DNA of 64,000 bases from an uncultured Candidatus Saccharibacteria bacterium (GCA_964592365.1 CAZQDL010000001.1:13198-77197), one strand, 5' to 3'. Counted from the first letter of the stretch, positions 19,868 to 30,946 are shown. Translations and numbers: made by a program. The notes: generated from the sequence alone by a model not told the origin.

Positions 19868-22156
19868 TCAACGCTGTGCTTCAGTTAATGATTTTTTTAA
19901 TTGCTCTAGATCCACGTGTTCGTATATATACTTCCATCCTACTAATTTATCTGTTCCCTTAATCCTAAAAGTCTCAGAAGCTGATTTGAAAGGTTCTTTA
20001 TTTATCTCAAGACCCATCAATTCCATTAATTGATCATTCATCTGCATGAAATTTTCAGGGTACTGAGTATTTTCAAAAAGAGTAATGATATATTCAGGAA
20101 CTAAAAGATTTTCAAACTTTGGTCCAAGAGATTTTCCAATAATACTTCCACCAATATTTTTATATCCAGGAAGAGAATCTAAAGAACGTACTGTTTTTTG
20201 GAAATAATTTTCAGGTAATGAAAGTTTTTCATCTGACAATAGTATCTCTTCTTTCAGAGTAGATTCTGGAAAGACTTCTTCAAGATCAATACGTGTTTCA
20301 ACTATTGGTTCTGAAATATATTCTTCCTTTAAATTAATATCTGTTTCAGGAGTATCATATATTGTTTGAAAAGCACCCTTGTTAGTTAAATACTCTCGAT
20401 GTTTCTCAATATCTTCTCCTTCAAACTCTTCACCACTTATATGTAGTTCCTTTTTCTCACCTGTATATATTCCATCTTTTTCGGTAATACCTTCATATTC
20501 TTGTGATACAAGTTTTCCATCTTTAATTGAAAGTTCGTAACCAGCATTTTTATCCAAATAGACTCTCACCTCTTGTGTATCAGAAATATATCCTGTTTCA
20601 GTTGCAGCCTTTGCTGAGGCATTAATAAGTTCTCGTTGTGTTGGATTTTCTCCAAGATTGAAATATTCCTTTAATTCAGGACTATTTTCAATTTGTCTTT
20701 TAAATGCATCGGTTATTCCTTCCCCCTCCCCTATCTTTATATCCTTGTATGAAGGAATATGTTCTTCAAGTTGAACAATCTCTTCTTTTAATTCTGGAAC
20801 ATCTTTTTCAATTTCCAAATGTTCTATTTGATTTACCTGATCAACATTAGTAAAAGGTGCTATGTGTTCAAGAATGTTAGCATCAGAAATACCAATTGAT
20901 CTTAGAATATCAGCTCCAGTTTCCCGAGTAATACCAGAAAAAAGCATTCCTCCTAGAACACCTGATATTTTCTTAAATCGTTCTGAACTTCTAATATTTT
21001 TTGCTAATGAAGCGTCGTTAATATTATCTAACCTATGTAGATACGTATTTTTTCTATGCTGAAGAATGTTATCTTTTTCTTCTTCTGAAGTTATTGATTC
21101 AGGATTCTGAAGCCCTTCTTTCCTTAGTTTTATCAAATCACTTCTAAAATCTTTTCTGATGAATTTGTCATAGAATCCACGACCAATACCTTGTCCAAAA
21201 TATGCACCAGGTACACCACCTACTACTGAAGCAAGTCCTGTTCCAAAACCAAAAACACCCATAAGTCCACTAATTCCAACAGAAACAAGAACTCGACTTG
21301 AAAGTTTTTTTGTACCTCCTGATTCTTCATACCAGTCTCCTAATGTTTTAAAATTTCTACTAGATCGAGATAATAATTGTTTTCCTAAACTATCTTTACG
21401 CTCCTTGTAATTAGCAATTCTGTTTTTTAAAGTATGTGATCTTTTTTCTAAGATTCTTACTCGCTCCTGGAGGATAGTAAGAGTATCTTTAGATTCTACA
21501 GATTTCTTTGAGGTAACATCTTCGATTCTTTTATTAAAATTAGCTATTCGATTCTTAATAATCTCTTGTTGCTGTTCCTCTGCTTGAAATTCTTCATCAC
21601 TTTCAGCTCTATTTTTTATTGAATCTGCTGCACCTTTTATCTTTTCAAGGAAAGGATCGAAAGATTCTTTATCAAAACTAACCTTATCAACAAGTGCCTG
21701 AATATTAATCTTAGGAATATCAAATGAAAATTTTTCTCGAAGAGAGTTAAACCTACTTGTTACATATTCTTTGCTTTTTTGGAAGAACGGAGTTTTTTCT
21801 TCTTCACTGTTTTCAACTATGGCCTCAGGTTCATGTTCCAAAATATCTTCATCAAGCTCAGGTATTTTCTTATCTGCATCTTGGAAAGATTCTTCCAAAG
21901 AAGAATCAAGTCCTTCAGTACTTTTCTTTTGCTCTAGGTATTCTTGAATTTTACTAAGATCATTTTTTTCATCAGCATCTAAAGGAATCTTATTCTTTGC
22001 CTTTTCTATGTATTTCTTAACTTTTGATTTTAGTTCCTCTACGTACCCTTTGTCATCTTCAATAGACGGAGATGATTCACCTTGATTCAAAGTATTTTCT
22101 TCTATCTTACTTGTATATCCGTATCTTTTATTAAATTTATCAACCTGATTATTCAT
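19868..22156 (-). CDS. Large coiled-coil protein with a Gly-rich membrane segment
   Basis: Long E/K-rich helical regions. The central GISGLMGVFGFGTGLASVVGGVPGAYFGQGIGRGF looks like a glycine-zipper membrane segment. Confidence 0.45.
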   Translation of the reverse strand: MNNQVDKFNKRYGYTSKIEENTLNQGESSPSIEDDKGYVEELKSKVKKYIEKAKNKIPLDADEKNDLSKIQEYLEQKKSTEGLDSSLEESFQDADKKIPELDEDILEHEPEAIVENSEEEKTPFFQKSKEYVTSRFNSLREKFSFDIPKINIQALVDKVSFDKESFDPFLEKIKGAADSIKNRAESDEEFQAEEQQQEIIKNRIANFNKRIEDVTSKKSVESKDTLTILQERVRILEKRSHTLKNRIANYKERKDSLGKQLLSRSSRNFKTLGDWYEESGGTKKLSSRVLVSVGISGLMGVFGFGTGLASVVGGVPGAYFGQGIGRGFYDKFIRKDFRSDLIKLRKEGLQNPESITSEEEKDNILQHRKNTYLHRLDNINDASLAKNIRSSERFKKISGVLGGMLFSGITRETGADILRSIGISDANILEHIAPFTNVDQVNQIEHLEIEKDVPELKEEIVQLEEHIPSYKDIKIGEGEGITDAFKRQIENSPELKEYFNLGENPTQRELINASAKAATETGYISDTQEVRVYLDKNAGYELSIKDGKLVSQEYEGITEKDGIYTGEKKELHISGEEFEGEDIEKHREYLTNKGAFQTIYDTPETDINLKEEYISEPIVETRIDLEEVFPESTLKEEILLSDEKLSLPENYFQKTVRSLDSLPGYKNIGGSIIGKSLGPKFENLLVPEYIITLFENTQYPENFMQMNDQLMELMGLEINKEPFKSASETFRIKGTDKLVGWKYIYEHVDLEQLKKSLTEAQR

Positions 22157-22399
22157 ATATGTATGTATCTTAGTATATCAGTAATGTACTGATATTATGT
22201 AAAAATATTATACAATATAATTAATATCATATCAATGGACGGAATATCTGAACTTGATATCATTTAGACATACTAACCGTGTAGCAATACACTTGTAAGT
22301 ATCACGGGAACATTTATTTTATTTGGACTGTTGATACGATTGAGGCTTATTAAACCTAATGCTCAAGACCCTGCTGACCATCAGCCGGTGACATATAAG

Positions 22400-23416
22400 A
22401 TGATAAAACCAAAGGTTTTATTTTCATCTGCTACTATTTTAGCCATATTATTTGTGGTTCCTGTGGTATTTACCCTAAGCCAAGCTATGGAAACTGAGTA
22501 CGTTATTCGAACTAACGAAAACTCACAAAGTATGACGCTTCTGAGCTCAAACTTTAGTATAGAAGTACCAAAGGCAATTGGAGGTCCAGATGCTCCACAT
22601 ATTGAAGATGGAACTCTTCATCCACAAATTGGTATGAGTTCAGCTCTCGCAAGCCAAGTTGAGCAAGACGAAGATGGAACAAGTTACTATATTGTTCAAA
22701 AAGGTGACACCTTATCTGAAATTGCTGAACTCTTTGGTGTTTCTATTAATACTATTATCTGGGAAAACAATATTGGAAAGAGTATTAAACCAGATCAGGA
22801 GCTAAAGATTCTACCAGTTACAGGAATCAGACATACGGTAAAGAAAGGAGATACAATTAGTAGTATTGCAAAGCAATATGATGTTGAGCAAGAAGATATC
22901 ACTGTCTACAACGATATTGATGAATCAAGATTGGTTGTAGGAGGGACAATTATCATTCCAAACGGAGTGAAAAAACAAGTAGAAAATCCTTCACCTAAAG
23001 CAAAGACAAGTACGCCAGTATCATCACCTAGTTCATCAGTTCAAGGAGGGTACTACATTAGACCAACTACAGGTAGTGTTAGTTCTCGATTTGGTGTTCG
23101 TTCTCGGGGATATCACTATGGTATTGACTACGCTGCTCCAACAGGTACTCCAATTGTTGCTTCTGCTTCAGGTACTGTACTAAAAACAAGCTGTGGTTCT
23201 GGATATGGAAATTGTTTGATCATTAGCCATGATAACGGAACACAAACACTGTATGCTCATGCAAGTGTGTTGTATGTATCAGCTGGAGCTGTGGTAAAGC
23301 AAGGACAAAAGATTGCAGCAGTTGGTTCAACTGGACGATCAACAGGTCCTCACTTACACTTTGAAATTATCAAATCAAATGGTCAGAAGCTTAACCCTGA
23401 AAAATATATTCAATAA
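22400..23416 (+). CDS. LysM-domain M23 family metallopeptidase (peptidoglycan endopeptidase)
   Basis: N-terminal anchor. Two LysM repeats (YYIVQKGDTLSEIAELFGV and HTVKKGDTISSIAKQYDV). M23 motifs HYGIDYAA...HLHFEI. Confidence 0.8.
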   Translation: MIKPKVLFSSATILAILFVVPVVFTLSQAMETEYVIRTNENSQSMTLLSSNFSIEVPKAIGGPDAPHIEDGTLHPQIGMSSALASQVEQDEDGTSYYIVQKGDTLSEIAELFGVSINTIIWENNIGKSIKPDQELKILPVTGIRHTVKKGDTISSIAKQYDVEQEDITVYNDIDESRLVVGGTIIIPNGVKKQVENPSPKAKTSTPVSSPSSSVQGGYYIRPTTGSVSSRFGVRSRGYHYGIDYAAPTGTPIVASASGTVLKTSCGSGYGNCLIISHDNGTQTLYAHASVLYVSAGAVVKQGQKIAAVGSTGRSTGPHLHFEIIKSNGQKLNPEKYIQ

Positions 23417-23445
23417 AAAAGAAACATCTTACGATGTTTCTTTTT

Positions 23446-23796
23446 TTATTTAGTATATGCAATACAAGTTGTTGATGAAGGATTAACAAGTAATCGTTCT
23501 TCTTTAATATTCTCCTTGCATACCTCACAGATTCCATAATTTCCTTCTTCAATTGCTTCTAGAGCTTTATTAACCTGCTCATATCGTGACTCAAGTATTC
23601 CTAGAATTGCAATATCTTCTTCTAGTTCTTCTGCAACTTCTGCATCATCAAGAGGATCAGCATAGTGTCCTTCTTCTCTTTTAGGAACGACAATCCAATC
23701 ACCACTTTCGCTAATTTCTCTTCCTAGGGAAGATAATTCTTCGATGAGTGATTCTTTATTCGCAAGTAATGCATTTTTTTGTTCTTCAATATTCAT
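23446..23796 (-). CDS. DksA/TraR-family zinc-finger protein
   Basis: A C-terminal CEVC...C motif follows a coiled-coil region. Confidence 0.55.
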   Translation of the reverse strand: MNIEEQKNALLANKESLIEELSSLGREISESGDWIVVPKREEGHYADPLDDAEVAEELEEDIAILGILESRYEQVNKALEAIEEGNYGICEVCKENIKEERLLVNPSSTTCIAYTK

Positions 23797-23844
23797 ACGT
23801 ACATTATATACCTTGTAATAATAAAAAAAACCACATTAGTGGTT

Positions 23845-26800
23845 TTAATTAAAAATATTCTCAAAAGCTCTTCGTTCGATGATTTCATTTATCACTGATT
23901 CATGACGAGTTATCAAAATAGTACTTTCATCTAAGAATGTGTATAGGAGAATAACATCACCTTCTCTTAGAGAATTTGCTTCTGCAGTATTTACTACGAA
24001 ACTTACAGAACCAGGCCCAAGGCTACCTAAGAATTCACCGTTTCCTTCAAGTGTACCATTAGCATTTACGGTATACCCCGATCCTAAATAATTATTCTCT
24101 CGAATTGTAGTATTTAATTGGTCTAGGGTATCAAGAGAAATGATACATTCATTTGGTTCAGCAATTTCAAGACCTTGATCTTCTTGATACTTGATAAGTG
24201 CATTACAAACTTCTCTGTCATAGATTCCATCAAATTCAGATATATCATACCCTTCGTTATACAGCACCATTTGAAGATTTCGTACCTCTTCATTGAAGGT
24301 TCCAAGACCCATTTGTTGAGTAAAGAAATCATTGATTGTTGCAGCCTCTCCACCAAATAGATTTCCAGCTCCTACTACCATTTGTTGAATTAAGGCTACA
24401 TCCTCTGCTGAAATAAATGTCTGATCTAGAGTTCCAGGTGTTCCTCCGTTGTTTCCAATGAATGACTGAAGTGCTTGTTGAGTAACAATATCCAATTCAC
24501 CAGTTACAGAAAGAGGATCAAGAAGTCCCATTTCAACAAGTGCTTGTTGAACAGATTTAATTCCCTCTACATCGTTATCCCCTGGATAGACATTCTTTCC
24601 AATAGGTAAATTGTTTCCAATGGTTACCCAAGTAACGTTATTATTTAATCCTAAAGCATCTTTTACAATAGCAATCAAATTAGCCAGTTCTTGAATAATT
24701 TCTGATTGCTGGATCTGTGGAGGGAGTGTCCTGATAATCTGTTCTAGATCTTGAAGAGCCCCAGCAGCAAATCTCAGCGTATCATCAGCAAGTACATCAG
24801 CATATGCGATTTGAAAAAATGCATCAGCTGCTTTTTCTAAACTATTTGCTAATCCTGATTGACCCAAAACTCTTACAATCCTTGAAATTATTCTTAACCT
24901 CGTTGCAGCTTGTGCCGCAACCTCCCTTATTTCACCGTTTAATCCACGGTTGAATTGATCGTTCAACTGTTCAGTCTCAAGAGCATCAAAACATACTTTT
25001 ACCGAAGGGTCGCTACTTTCAATTGGAAATTCTGTACCATCAGCGGTCACTCGATATCCGTTAATGATCTTGTTATTATTGTCAATACAATATCGTTTGT
25101 TTCTGGTAAGTGGTGAGATGCATTGTACACCACCACCCTGACGTGATATCTGTCTTGTATTTTCTATATTTACCTGTCTATCTTGTAAGTAGAAATCATC
25201 AAGACTTGAAGGTCCCTGATTCACTTGAGAACCATTCTGATCAAAACAAAGATTCTTTCCAGAAAGGTTTTGTAATCGAAGCAGATCAAGATACTGTGTA
25301 CAACTCTTTCTTCCTTCAAAATCTAAACTCACCTCTTCTGCCAAATTACACTGTACCCCAGGTTCACCTTCAAGATCATTTGAAACTACTCTATTTCCTT
25401 GCCTACATTCAATACGATTACACTGATATGGCTTGTAACAAATATCATAAGGTTCAACAGCTCTATCTTCAGGATTTATTCTATCTCCACTAACTGGATC
25501 AAAACAAATATCTGAAGTGTATGCAATATCACTAAACCCTAGAGAATTATTTACTGAAATAAGAGTATCGGTTCCTGTCAGCATTTGTTTACAAACATAA
25601 CTAGAATCATTTCCAACTTCTTGTGGTGTTTTTGGTTCACTCATTAGCCCAGTTTGTGGATCAAGTAAATCATCATAACAAGTTACGGTACTTGAAGGGG
25701 TTACTGTTCCTGGTAACTCATTTCCGGTTAGGACATCAATACATCGCTTAACCGCTTTGTAACACATAACTTGTCCAGCATCGTTGTTTATAGTCTCAGT
25801 GACAAAAGTTCCACCAACCTGTGCAAAAGCACGTTTTGCCATAAATGGTTTAGTAAGAAAATTAGATATTAATAGTGAAATCGTTTCACTAGGTTCGATA
25901 TCAACATCAGCATCGATAAATTCTTCTGTTTGATTTTCAAAGTCTTCAGGTAGTTCTTGATTAAACTCAGAACCGTCTGAACGAATAAAATCAAGAAGTC
26001 CCTTTTGATCATTTTCTCGAGGAACATAGCGTGAAACACGTACATTCTTGTTTTTAATAATATCATCTGAGAAACCATCTTGAATTAGTGATCGATTTGC
26101 AGCTTCATCTGGTAGATCAAGATAACTTGCAAGATCATCAATCATTGTTGGTTCCCATTGCTTCATACCAACGAAAGCTCTGTCATATGAAATTGCTTTA
26201 AGGATAACAAAGGGGTAATTCTTATCAGTGGTGTACACTCCATGCATAAAGTTGTTTTCAATATTGTTGTACAACAATTCAGGTGTTTTTGCCCCTGTCT
26301 TATCAAAAATCTCTTTAATCCCCATTCTCCTTAAATTCCCCATTTCATCTTTCTGAACATAGTAAATCTGAGATACTGAATCAGTATCATGATCTCTTTT
26401 AAGAAGAGTTCTAATTGCTTCATTAGCTTGAAAAGCTTCAATGCTAGTGGTATCAATACCCAAATCTTGGTCAGAATACACCAAAGAACGAACTCGTTCA
26501 TTCGTGATGAAAGTTACTTCATCCTTTGGCTGGAAAAAGGTGAGCCAAGTGACCACAGAAAGAACAAGGAGAATAATGCTTCCAATGAAATATTTTCCAT
26601 TTCTACTTGTGAAAGGTGAGTTTGCTTTCTTAAGTTCTTTTTCAAATCGAGCCTTTTGAATCAACTCTGACATGGTCTTAGGATCATTAGCCCCCATAGC
26701 TCGTGACATGTCTTGATAGTAGGTTGTTTGAATACCGAGATCTTTCTTTGGCTCCTCCACCTGTTCTTGTACATCTACTTCTGGAATTTCTTCTTGAGCT

Positions 26801-27042
26801 CCTAAATCACGTGCAATTTCTGCTTCAAGAGAAGCAACCGTCTGTTCACTGACTGGTAAATCTTGCACAGCATCAATGGGAAGTGAATCAGTAGGTTCAG
26901 ACTCTACATGTTTTGATGGTACAGAAGGAAATGGAATATCAGAATTCTGATTCAATTGAGAAAATTCATTAAAAAGATTCTCTAATTCATCTACATCATT
27001 CTTTGTACTAGGTTCATGATTATCATTTAAGGGAGTATTCAT
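23845..27042 (-). CDS. Large membrane-anchored surface protein with two peptidoglycan-binding-like domains
   Basis: TM segment at about aa 150-170. A Cys-rich central region. The C-terminal part has two PG_binding_1-like motifs (GIKSVQQALVEMGLLDPLSVTGELDIVTQQALQSF and VRNLQMVLYNEGYDISEFDGIYDREVCNALIKYQ). Confidence 0.5.
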   Translation of the reverse strand: MNTPLNDNHEPSTKNDVDELENLFNEFSQLNQNSDIPFPSVPSKHVESEPTDSLPIDAVQDLPVSEQTVASLEAEIARDLGAQEEIPEVDVQEQVEEPKKDLGIQTTYYQDMSRAMGANDPKTMSELIQKARFEKELKKANSPFTSRNGKYFIGSIILLVLSVVTWLTFFQPKDEVTFITNERVRSLVYSDQDLGIDTTSIEAFQANEAIRTLLKRDHDTDSVSQIYYVQKDEMGNLRRMGIKEIFDKTGAKTPELLYNNIENNFMHGVYTTDKNYPFVILKAISYDRAFVGMKQWEPTMIDDLASYLDLPDEAANRSLIQDGFSDDIIKNKNVRVSRYVPRENDQKGLLDFIRSDGSEFNQELPEDFENQTEEFIDADVDIEPSETISLLISNFLTKPFMAKRAFAQVGGTFVTETINNDAGQVMCYKAVKRCIDVLTGNELPGTVTPSSTVTCYDDLLDPQTGLMSEPKTPQEVGNDSSYVCKQMLTGTDTLISVNNSLGFSDIAYTSDICFDPVSGDRINPEDRAVEPYDICYKPYQCNRIECRQGNRVVSNDLEGEPGVQCNLAEEVSLDFEGRKSCTQYLDLLRLQNLSGKNLCFDQNGSQVNQGPSSLDDFYLQDRQVNIENTRQISRQGGGVQCISPLTRNKRYCIDNNNKIINGYRVTADGTEFPIESSDPSVKVCFDALETEQLNDQFNRGLNGEIREVAAQAATRLRIISRIVRVLGQSGLANSLEKAADAFFQIAYADVLADDTLRFAAGALQDLEQIIRTLPPQIQQSEIIQELANLIAIVKDALGLNNNVTWVTIGNNLPIGKNVYPGDNDVEGIKSVQQALVEMGLLDPLSVTGELDIVTQQALQSFIGNNGGTPGTLDQTFISAEDVALIQQMVVGAGNLFGGEAATINDFFTQQMGLGTFNEEVRNLQMVLYNEGYDISEFDGIYDREVCNALIKYQEDQGLEIAEPNECIISLDTLDQLNTTIRENNYLGSGYTVNANGTLEGNGEFLGSLGPGSVSFVVNTAEANSLREGDVILLYTFLDESTILITRHESVINEIIERRAFENIFN

Positions 27043-27074
27043 ATTGGTATTGTATCGCGTGGCTTACATTCAAA

Positions 27075-27100
27075 CAAGAAAAAACAACCAAAAAGGTTGT
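27075..27100 (-). terminator. Intrinsic terminator downstream of rpsO
   Basis: acaacc-aaaaa-ggttgt followed by a T-run on the minus strand. Confidence 0.5.
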
Positions 27101-27101
27101 C

Positions 27102-27368
27102 TTATTTCTTTAATCCTAGTTTCTTTACCAGTGATTGATATGCTTCAAAATCACTATTTTTAAAGTTTCGAAGAAACTTTCTTCGAGTATCTACCATCTT
27201 GATAAGTCCGCGTCGACTATGAACGTCTTTCTTGTGCACTTTAAGGTGCTCAGTTAGTTCATCAATACGCCCAGAAAGAAGTGCAATCTGAACAGCAGGA
27301 GAACCAGTATCGGTATCATGTGTCTTTACGTCATCAATGATGTTTTGTTTTGCTTGGTTACTTAACAT
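27102..27368 (-). CDS. rpsO: 30S ribosomal protein S15
   Basis: HxxDTGSPxVQIALL and the HxKDxHSRRGL motif. An 88-aa product if started at MLSNQ. Confidence 0.85.
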   Translation of the reverse strand: MLSNQAKQNIIDDVKTHDTDTGSPAVQIALLSGRIDELTEHLKVHKKDVHSRRGLIKMVDTRRKFLRNFKNSDFEAYQSLVKKLGLKK

Positions 27369-27457
27369 ATGGAATGAAGATACCACAGCAATGGTTTTTT
27401 GCAATACTACAGCTTGAATATCTTTGTCTTTTGATAACCATTTGATATAGTGGCCAC

Positions 27458-28519
27458 ATGAAAACCAATATTGAAAAAAAAGAACAGTCAGAAGTAGTTA
27501 TCACCGTTACCCTTCCAAATAAGGATCTTGAAGGGTACCGTTTAGACGTTGAGAAGAAATTTAAGGATAATCTGGAAATTGATGGATTTCGAAAAGGAAA
27601 GGTTCCTGAGGATATCGCAAAGAAACATATTAATAATATGAGAGTTCTTGAAGAAATGGCTCATCGTGCAATTTCTGAAAAGTATATTGATATCCTTAAA
27701 GAACATGATATTAAAGCAATTGGTAATCCAAATATCAGTATTACTAAAATTGCAGAAGGTAATGATCTCGAATTTACCATTACCACAGCTGTCTTACCTG
27801 AAATCAAGGTAGCTGATTTCAAAAAGATTGCTAAAAAGATTAATGCTCAAGAACTTGATGCTGAAGTGAGCGGTGAAGAAGTAGATGGTGCTATCTTAAA
27901 CCTAAGAAAGATGAGAGCACAACAGCAATTATCATCAGACGCAAAAGAAGGAGAAAATGTTCCATCATGGAACGAAATATCAGAAGAAAACCTTCCTGAA
28001 ATGACTGATGAGTGGGTAAAAGAAATAGGTCCTTTTACAACAGTAGAAGATTTTGTAACTAAGATAAAAGAGAATCTCCTTGAAGAGAAGAAGGTAAGAG
28101 CACTTGATAAGAAACGGATTGCTTTAGTTGATGAAATCCTAGCAGAATCAGATATCGAAGTTCCTCAAATGATGATTGATTATGAACTGGATAAAATGCT
28201 TCATGAGTTTGAACACAATATATCTATGACAGGAATGAGTTTTGATGATTACCTCAAATCAATTAATAAGACACGTGAAGATTATAAAAAAGAGTGGAAT
28301 GATCAAGCTAAGAAACGTGCGCAAACACAACTTATGCTCAATCACATTGCTGAAGTTGAAAAAATTGAACCAACTGATGAAGAGATTCAACAAGAAGTTA
28401 AGAAAATCATGGAACAATATAAGCATAATCCTCAGATTAATGAGACTCATGTCACTTCATATGTTTCATCTGTACTCTCACATCAAAAAGTATTTGAATA
28501 CTTAGAGAGTATTTCTTAA
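27458..28519 (+). CDS. tig: Trigger factor (short form)
   Basis: N-terminal ribosome-binding region GFRKGKVP and the overall TF architecture. Confidence 0.75.
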   Translation: MKTNIEKKEQSEVVITVTLPNKDLEGYRLDVEKKFKDNLEIDGFRKGKVPEDIAKKHINNMRVLEEMAHRAISEKYIDILKEHDIKAIGNPNISITKIAEGNDLEFTITTAVLPEIKVADFKKIAKKINAQELDAEVSGEEVDGAILNLRKMRAQQQLSSDAKEGENVPSWNEISEENLPEMTDEWVKEIGPFTTVEDFVTKIKENLLEEKKVRALDKKRIALVDEILAESDIEVPQMMIDYELDKMLHEFEHNISMTGMSFDDYLKSINKTREDYKKEWNDQAKKRAQTQLMLNHIAEVEKIEPTDEEIQQEVKKIMEQYKHNPQINETHVTSYVSSVLSHQKVFEYLESIS

Positions 28520-28545
28520 AAAAACAACATACTGTTGTTTTTTTA
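28519..28545 (+). terminator. Intrinsic terminator after tig
   Basis: aacaac-atact-gttgtt followed by ttttttt. Confidence 0.6.
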
Positions 28546-28570
28546 TATTAAAAAGAGATATACTATCTGC

Positions 28571-28807
28571 ATGAAATCAAAGAAATTTGGGCATAAGTTT
28601 GAATTACATATTGACGATCAACTAAAACAAGTTTTTGTTGGAAGACATACACTCTTTTCAGTTCTTAGCTTTACGGTAGCAGGTATTCTTATCGGTGGAA
28701 CTATAGAGAAAATGCTCCATGAGCTCATTGGAAAGCCTCTTACTCTTTTAATCGGCCTTGTGTTGTTAGTAATAAGTGGGCTTGTATTGAAGGAATTTAA
28801 TGACTAA
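28571..28807 (+). CDS. Small two-TM membrane protein
   Basis: The ORF has two hydrophobic helices. The start is placed after the tig terminator. Confidence 0.35.
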   Translation: MKSKKFGHKFELHIDDQLKQVFVGRHTLFSVLSFTVAGILIGGTIEKMLHELIGKPLTLLIGLVLLVISGLVLKEFND

Positions 28808-28843
28808 TATTGCCGGATATAAACTCATTGGTATACTAACACT

Positions 28844-29425
28844 ATGTTAATCCCAACTGTTATTGAAAAAACGCATGCTGGAGAGCGAGCGTATGACATT
28901 TATTCACGTTTACTCAAAGAACGAATCGTTTTCGTTGGTGGAACCATTAGTTCAGACCTAGCAAATAGTGTAGTTGCTCAGCTATTGCATCTAGAACAAG
29001 AAGATGCTGAAAAGGATATTACTATGTATATCAATTCTCCTGGAGGATCAGTTGATGCTGGAATGGCTATGATAGACACCATGAACTTTATCAAACCAAA
29101 GGTATCAACCGTATGTGTTGGTATGACAGCATCTATGGGCGCAATGATTCTTTCTCAAGGAGAGCCCGGAAAGAGATATGCTCTTCCAAACAGTAGAGTA
29201 ATGATTCATCAACCGATGACTGGAGTTGAAGGTCAGGCTTCTGACATCATGATCACCGCAGAAGAAATTATCAAAATAAAGGATAAGTTAGCAGAAATGA
29301 TTGCAAACTCTTCTGGACAAAAGAAAGCAAAAGTAGAGAAAGACATGGACAGAGATTTTTGGATGTCAGCGGAAGAAGCAAAGAAATATGGAATCATTGA
29401 TGGAATTATTAAAAAAAGAAAGTAA
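28844..29425 (+). CDS. clpP: ATP-dependent Clp protease proteolytic subunit
   Basis: Catalytic Ser in GMTASMGA and His in MIHQP, with a conserved N-terminus. Confidence 0.9.
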   Translation: MLIPTVIEKTHAGERAYDIYSRLLKERIVFVGGTISSDLANSVVAQLLHLEQEDAEKDITMYINSPGGSVDAGMAMIDTMNFIKPKVSTVCVGMTASMGAMILSQGEPGKRYALPNSRVMIHQPMTGVEGQASDIMITAEEIIKIKDKLAEMIANSSGQKKAKVEKDMDRDFWMSAEEAKKYGIIDGIIKKRK

Positions 29426-29568
29426 ATCTTTCTTTTTTTGTTTTTAATTAAAAAAATAATATATAGTTTTGTCAATAAACAAAATCAATATAATCGTTGT
29501 ATTATAAGCATATGAAAGCTTTTTAGGTTTCAGAAATTACTCAGAACATAGTAACCAATATTATATAT

Positions 29569-29844
29569 ATGAAAAAACAAGATTTAATTAACATGGTAGC
29601 AGACATCACTTCAGGAACTAAAACTCAAGCTGATGAAATTGTGAATGGAATTTTTGATGCTATTGCAGGTGAAATGGCAAAAGGAGGAACTGTTGATATC
29701 GCTGGATTTGGAAAGTTTGAAGGAAAAATGCGTGAAGCACGAACTGCTCGAAACCCTCGAACTGGAGAAATGGTAAAAGTAGATGCTCAACGAGTACCTA
29801 AATTCAAAGCAGGAAAGAAACTAAAAGATACCCTAAAAGGTTAG
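29569..29844 (+). CDS. hup: DNA-binding protein HU
   Basis: 91 aa with the HU/IHF signature GFGKFE...RNPRTGE. Confidence 0.88.
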   Translation: MKKQDLINMVADITSGTKTQADEIVNGIFDAIAGEMAKGGTVDIAGFGKFEGKMREARTARNPRTGEMVKVDAQRVPKFKAGKKLKDTLKG

Positions 29845-29854
29845 CTATATATAA

Positions 29855-29881
29855 TAAAAAACGACATTATGTCGTTTTTTA
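29855..29881. terminator. Bidirectional terminator (hup / downstream convergent gene)
   Basis: aaaaaacgac-attat-gtcgtttttt. Confidence 0.65.
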
Positions 29882-29893
29882 TTATGCCAATAT

Positions 29894-30265
29894 TTAGAAC
29901 CAACTTTCTAACCAATTTTTCATCATATTGATTTCCTTGTCCTGAACATCAATTATTTCTTGAGCAAATGCTTGCAATTCTGGTCTTTGAGTTTTTTCCT
30001 TTAATATCGCTGCCATATCAACAGCTCCTTGATGATGTACAATCATGTCTTCTAGAAAAATCATATCAAGTTCATCTCCTTCCTTTCCTTCCATGCGAGC
30101 AGTCATATCCATCATCATACCTCCCATGTCCATACCTTTCATAGAATGATTCATTTTTGAATGATCCATTTTCATTGGGCATGATGTCTTTGAGTTAATA
30201 AAGTATCCGATTCCTCCCCCAACAAGAAGAGTAATAATAGCGATAAGTATTGTATTTGTTTTCAT
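29894..30265 (-). CDS. DUF305-like protein with a Met/His-rich N-terminal segment (putative copper-handling periplasmic protein)
   Basis: Signal/TM segment. MKMDHSKMNHSMKGMDMGGMMMDM resembles CusF/CopC-type Met-rich Cu(I) motifs. HHQGAVDMA is the DUF305 signature. Confidence 0.55.
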   Translation of the reverse strand: MKTNTILIAIITLLVGGGIGYFINSKTSCPMKMDHSKMNHSMKGMDMGGMMMDMTARMEGKEGDELDMIFLEDMIVHHQGAVDMAAILKEKTQRPELQAFAQEIIDVQDKEINMMKNWLESWF

Positions 30266-30319
30266 ATATATAAAGATTAGTGTTTTAAATAAGCGAATAA
30301 AATATTAGCCTACAATTAT

Positions 30320-30661
30320 CTATATTTGAGATCTTGCCAATTGCTTATGTGAAAGGGGTATTCTTTCTCTTACCCTGCTAAAGTTATTTTCATAGAATGA
30401 TTCTAATACACACTCATGCAACAAAGATGATCGTGAAACATCGGATATATTTAAGTATTCTGCTGAAACCTTAAGCTGTTCGCCATCAATTTTTTCACAT
30501 ATATCCAGTTTCTTTTCATGATGGCACTCATCAACGGAACAAACACTATCAGGAATTTGATGTCTATTTGAATGTTGTGCATGCACCTGAAAAGAATGAT
30601 GACCAACAAGCATCATCACGATGAATATCATTCCTATGCTTTTATAGAAAGCTGACAACAT
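30320..30661 (-). CDS. Small secreted His/Cys-containing protein
   Basis: Signal peptide followed by H- and C-containing patches (HAQHSNRH, CSVDECHHEK). It may be metal-binding and sits adjacent to the DUF305 gene. Confidence 0.35.
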   Translation of the reverse strand: MLSAFYKSIGMIFIVMMLVGHHSFQVHAQHSNRHQIPDSVCSVDECHHEKKLDICEKIDGEQLKVSAEYLNISDVSRSSLLHECVLESFYENNFSRVRERIPLSHKQLARSQI

Positions 30662-30887
30662 ATTACTAATTAGATAATACCATATTGTATTGATTTCTTG
30701 AAAAAATGGACTTCTAAAATCCTATACTTGTTAGGTTAATTAAGGAAAGATAATTATGAAACGAACCAAAAAGTAATGCACACAACATGGGAAAGTGCTG
30801 AGACAGATATACTATACCCAATGAAATAATTCAAAATCTTAAGCTGCAAATACTTGCATAATTCACCTAACCTTTCATTCGAACAAA

Positions 30888-30910
30888 CAAAAAAACCTTG
30901 TTTCACAAGG
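30888..30910 (-). terminator. Terminator downstream of tRNA-Gly
   Basis: ccttg-tttca-caagg preceded by an A-run (a T-run on the minus strand). Confidence 0.5.
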
Positions 30911-30946
30911 CTCTTGGAAGAATTTAAAGAGATGCTTTTCTCACTG

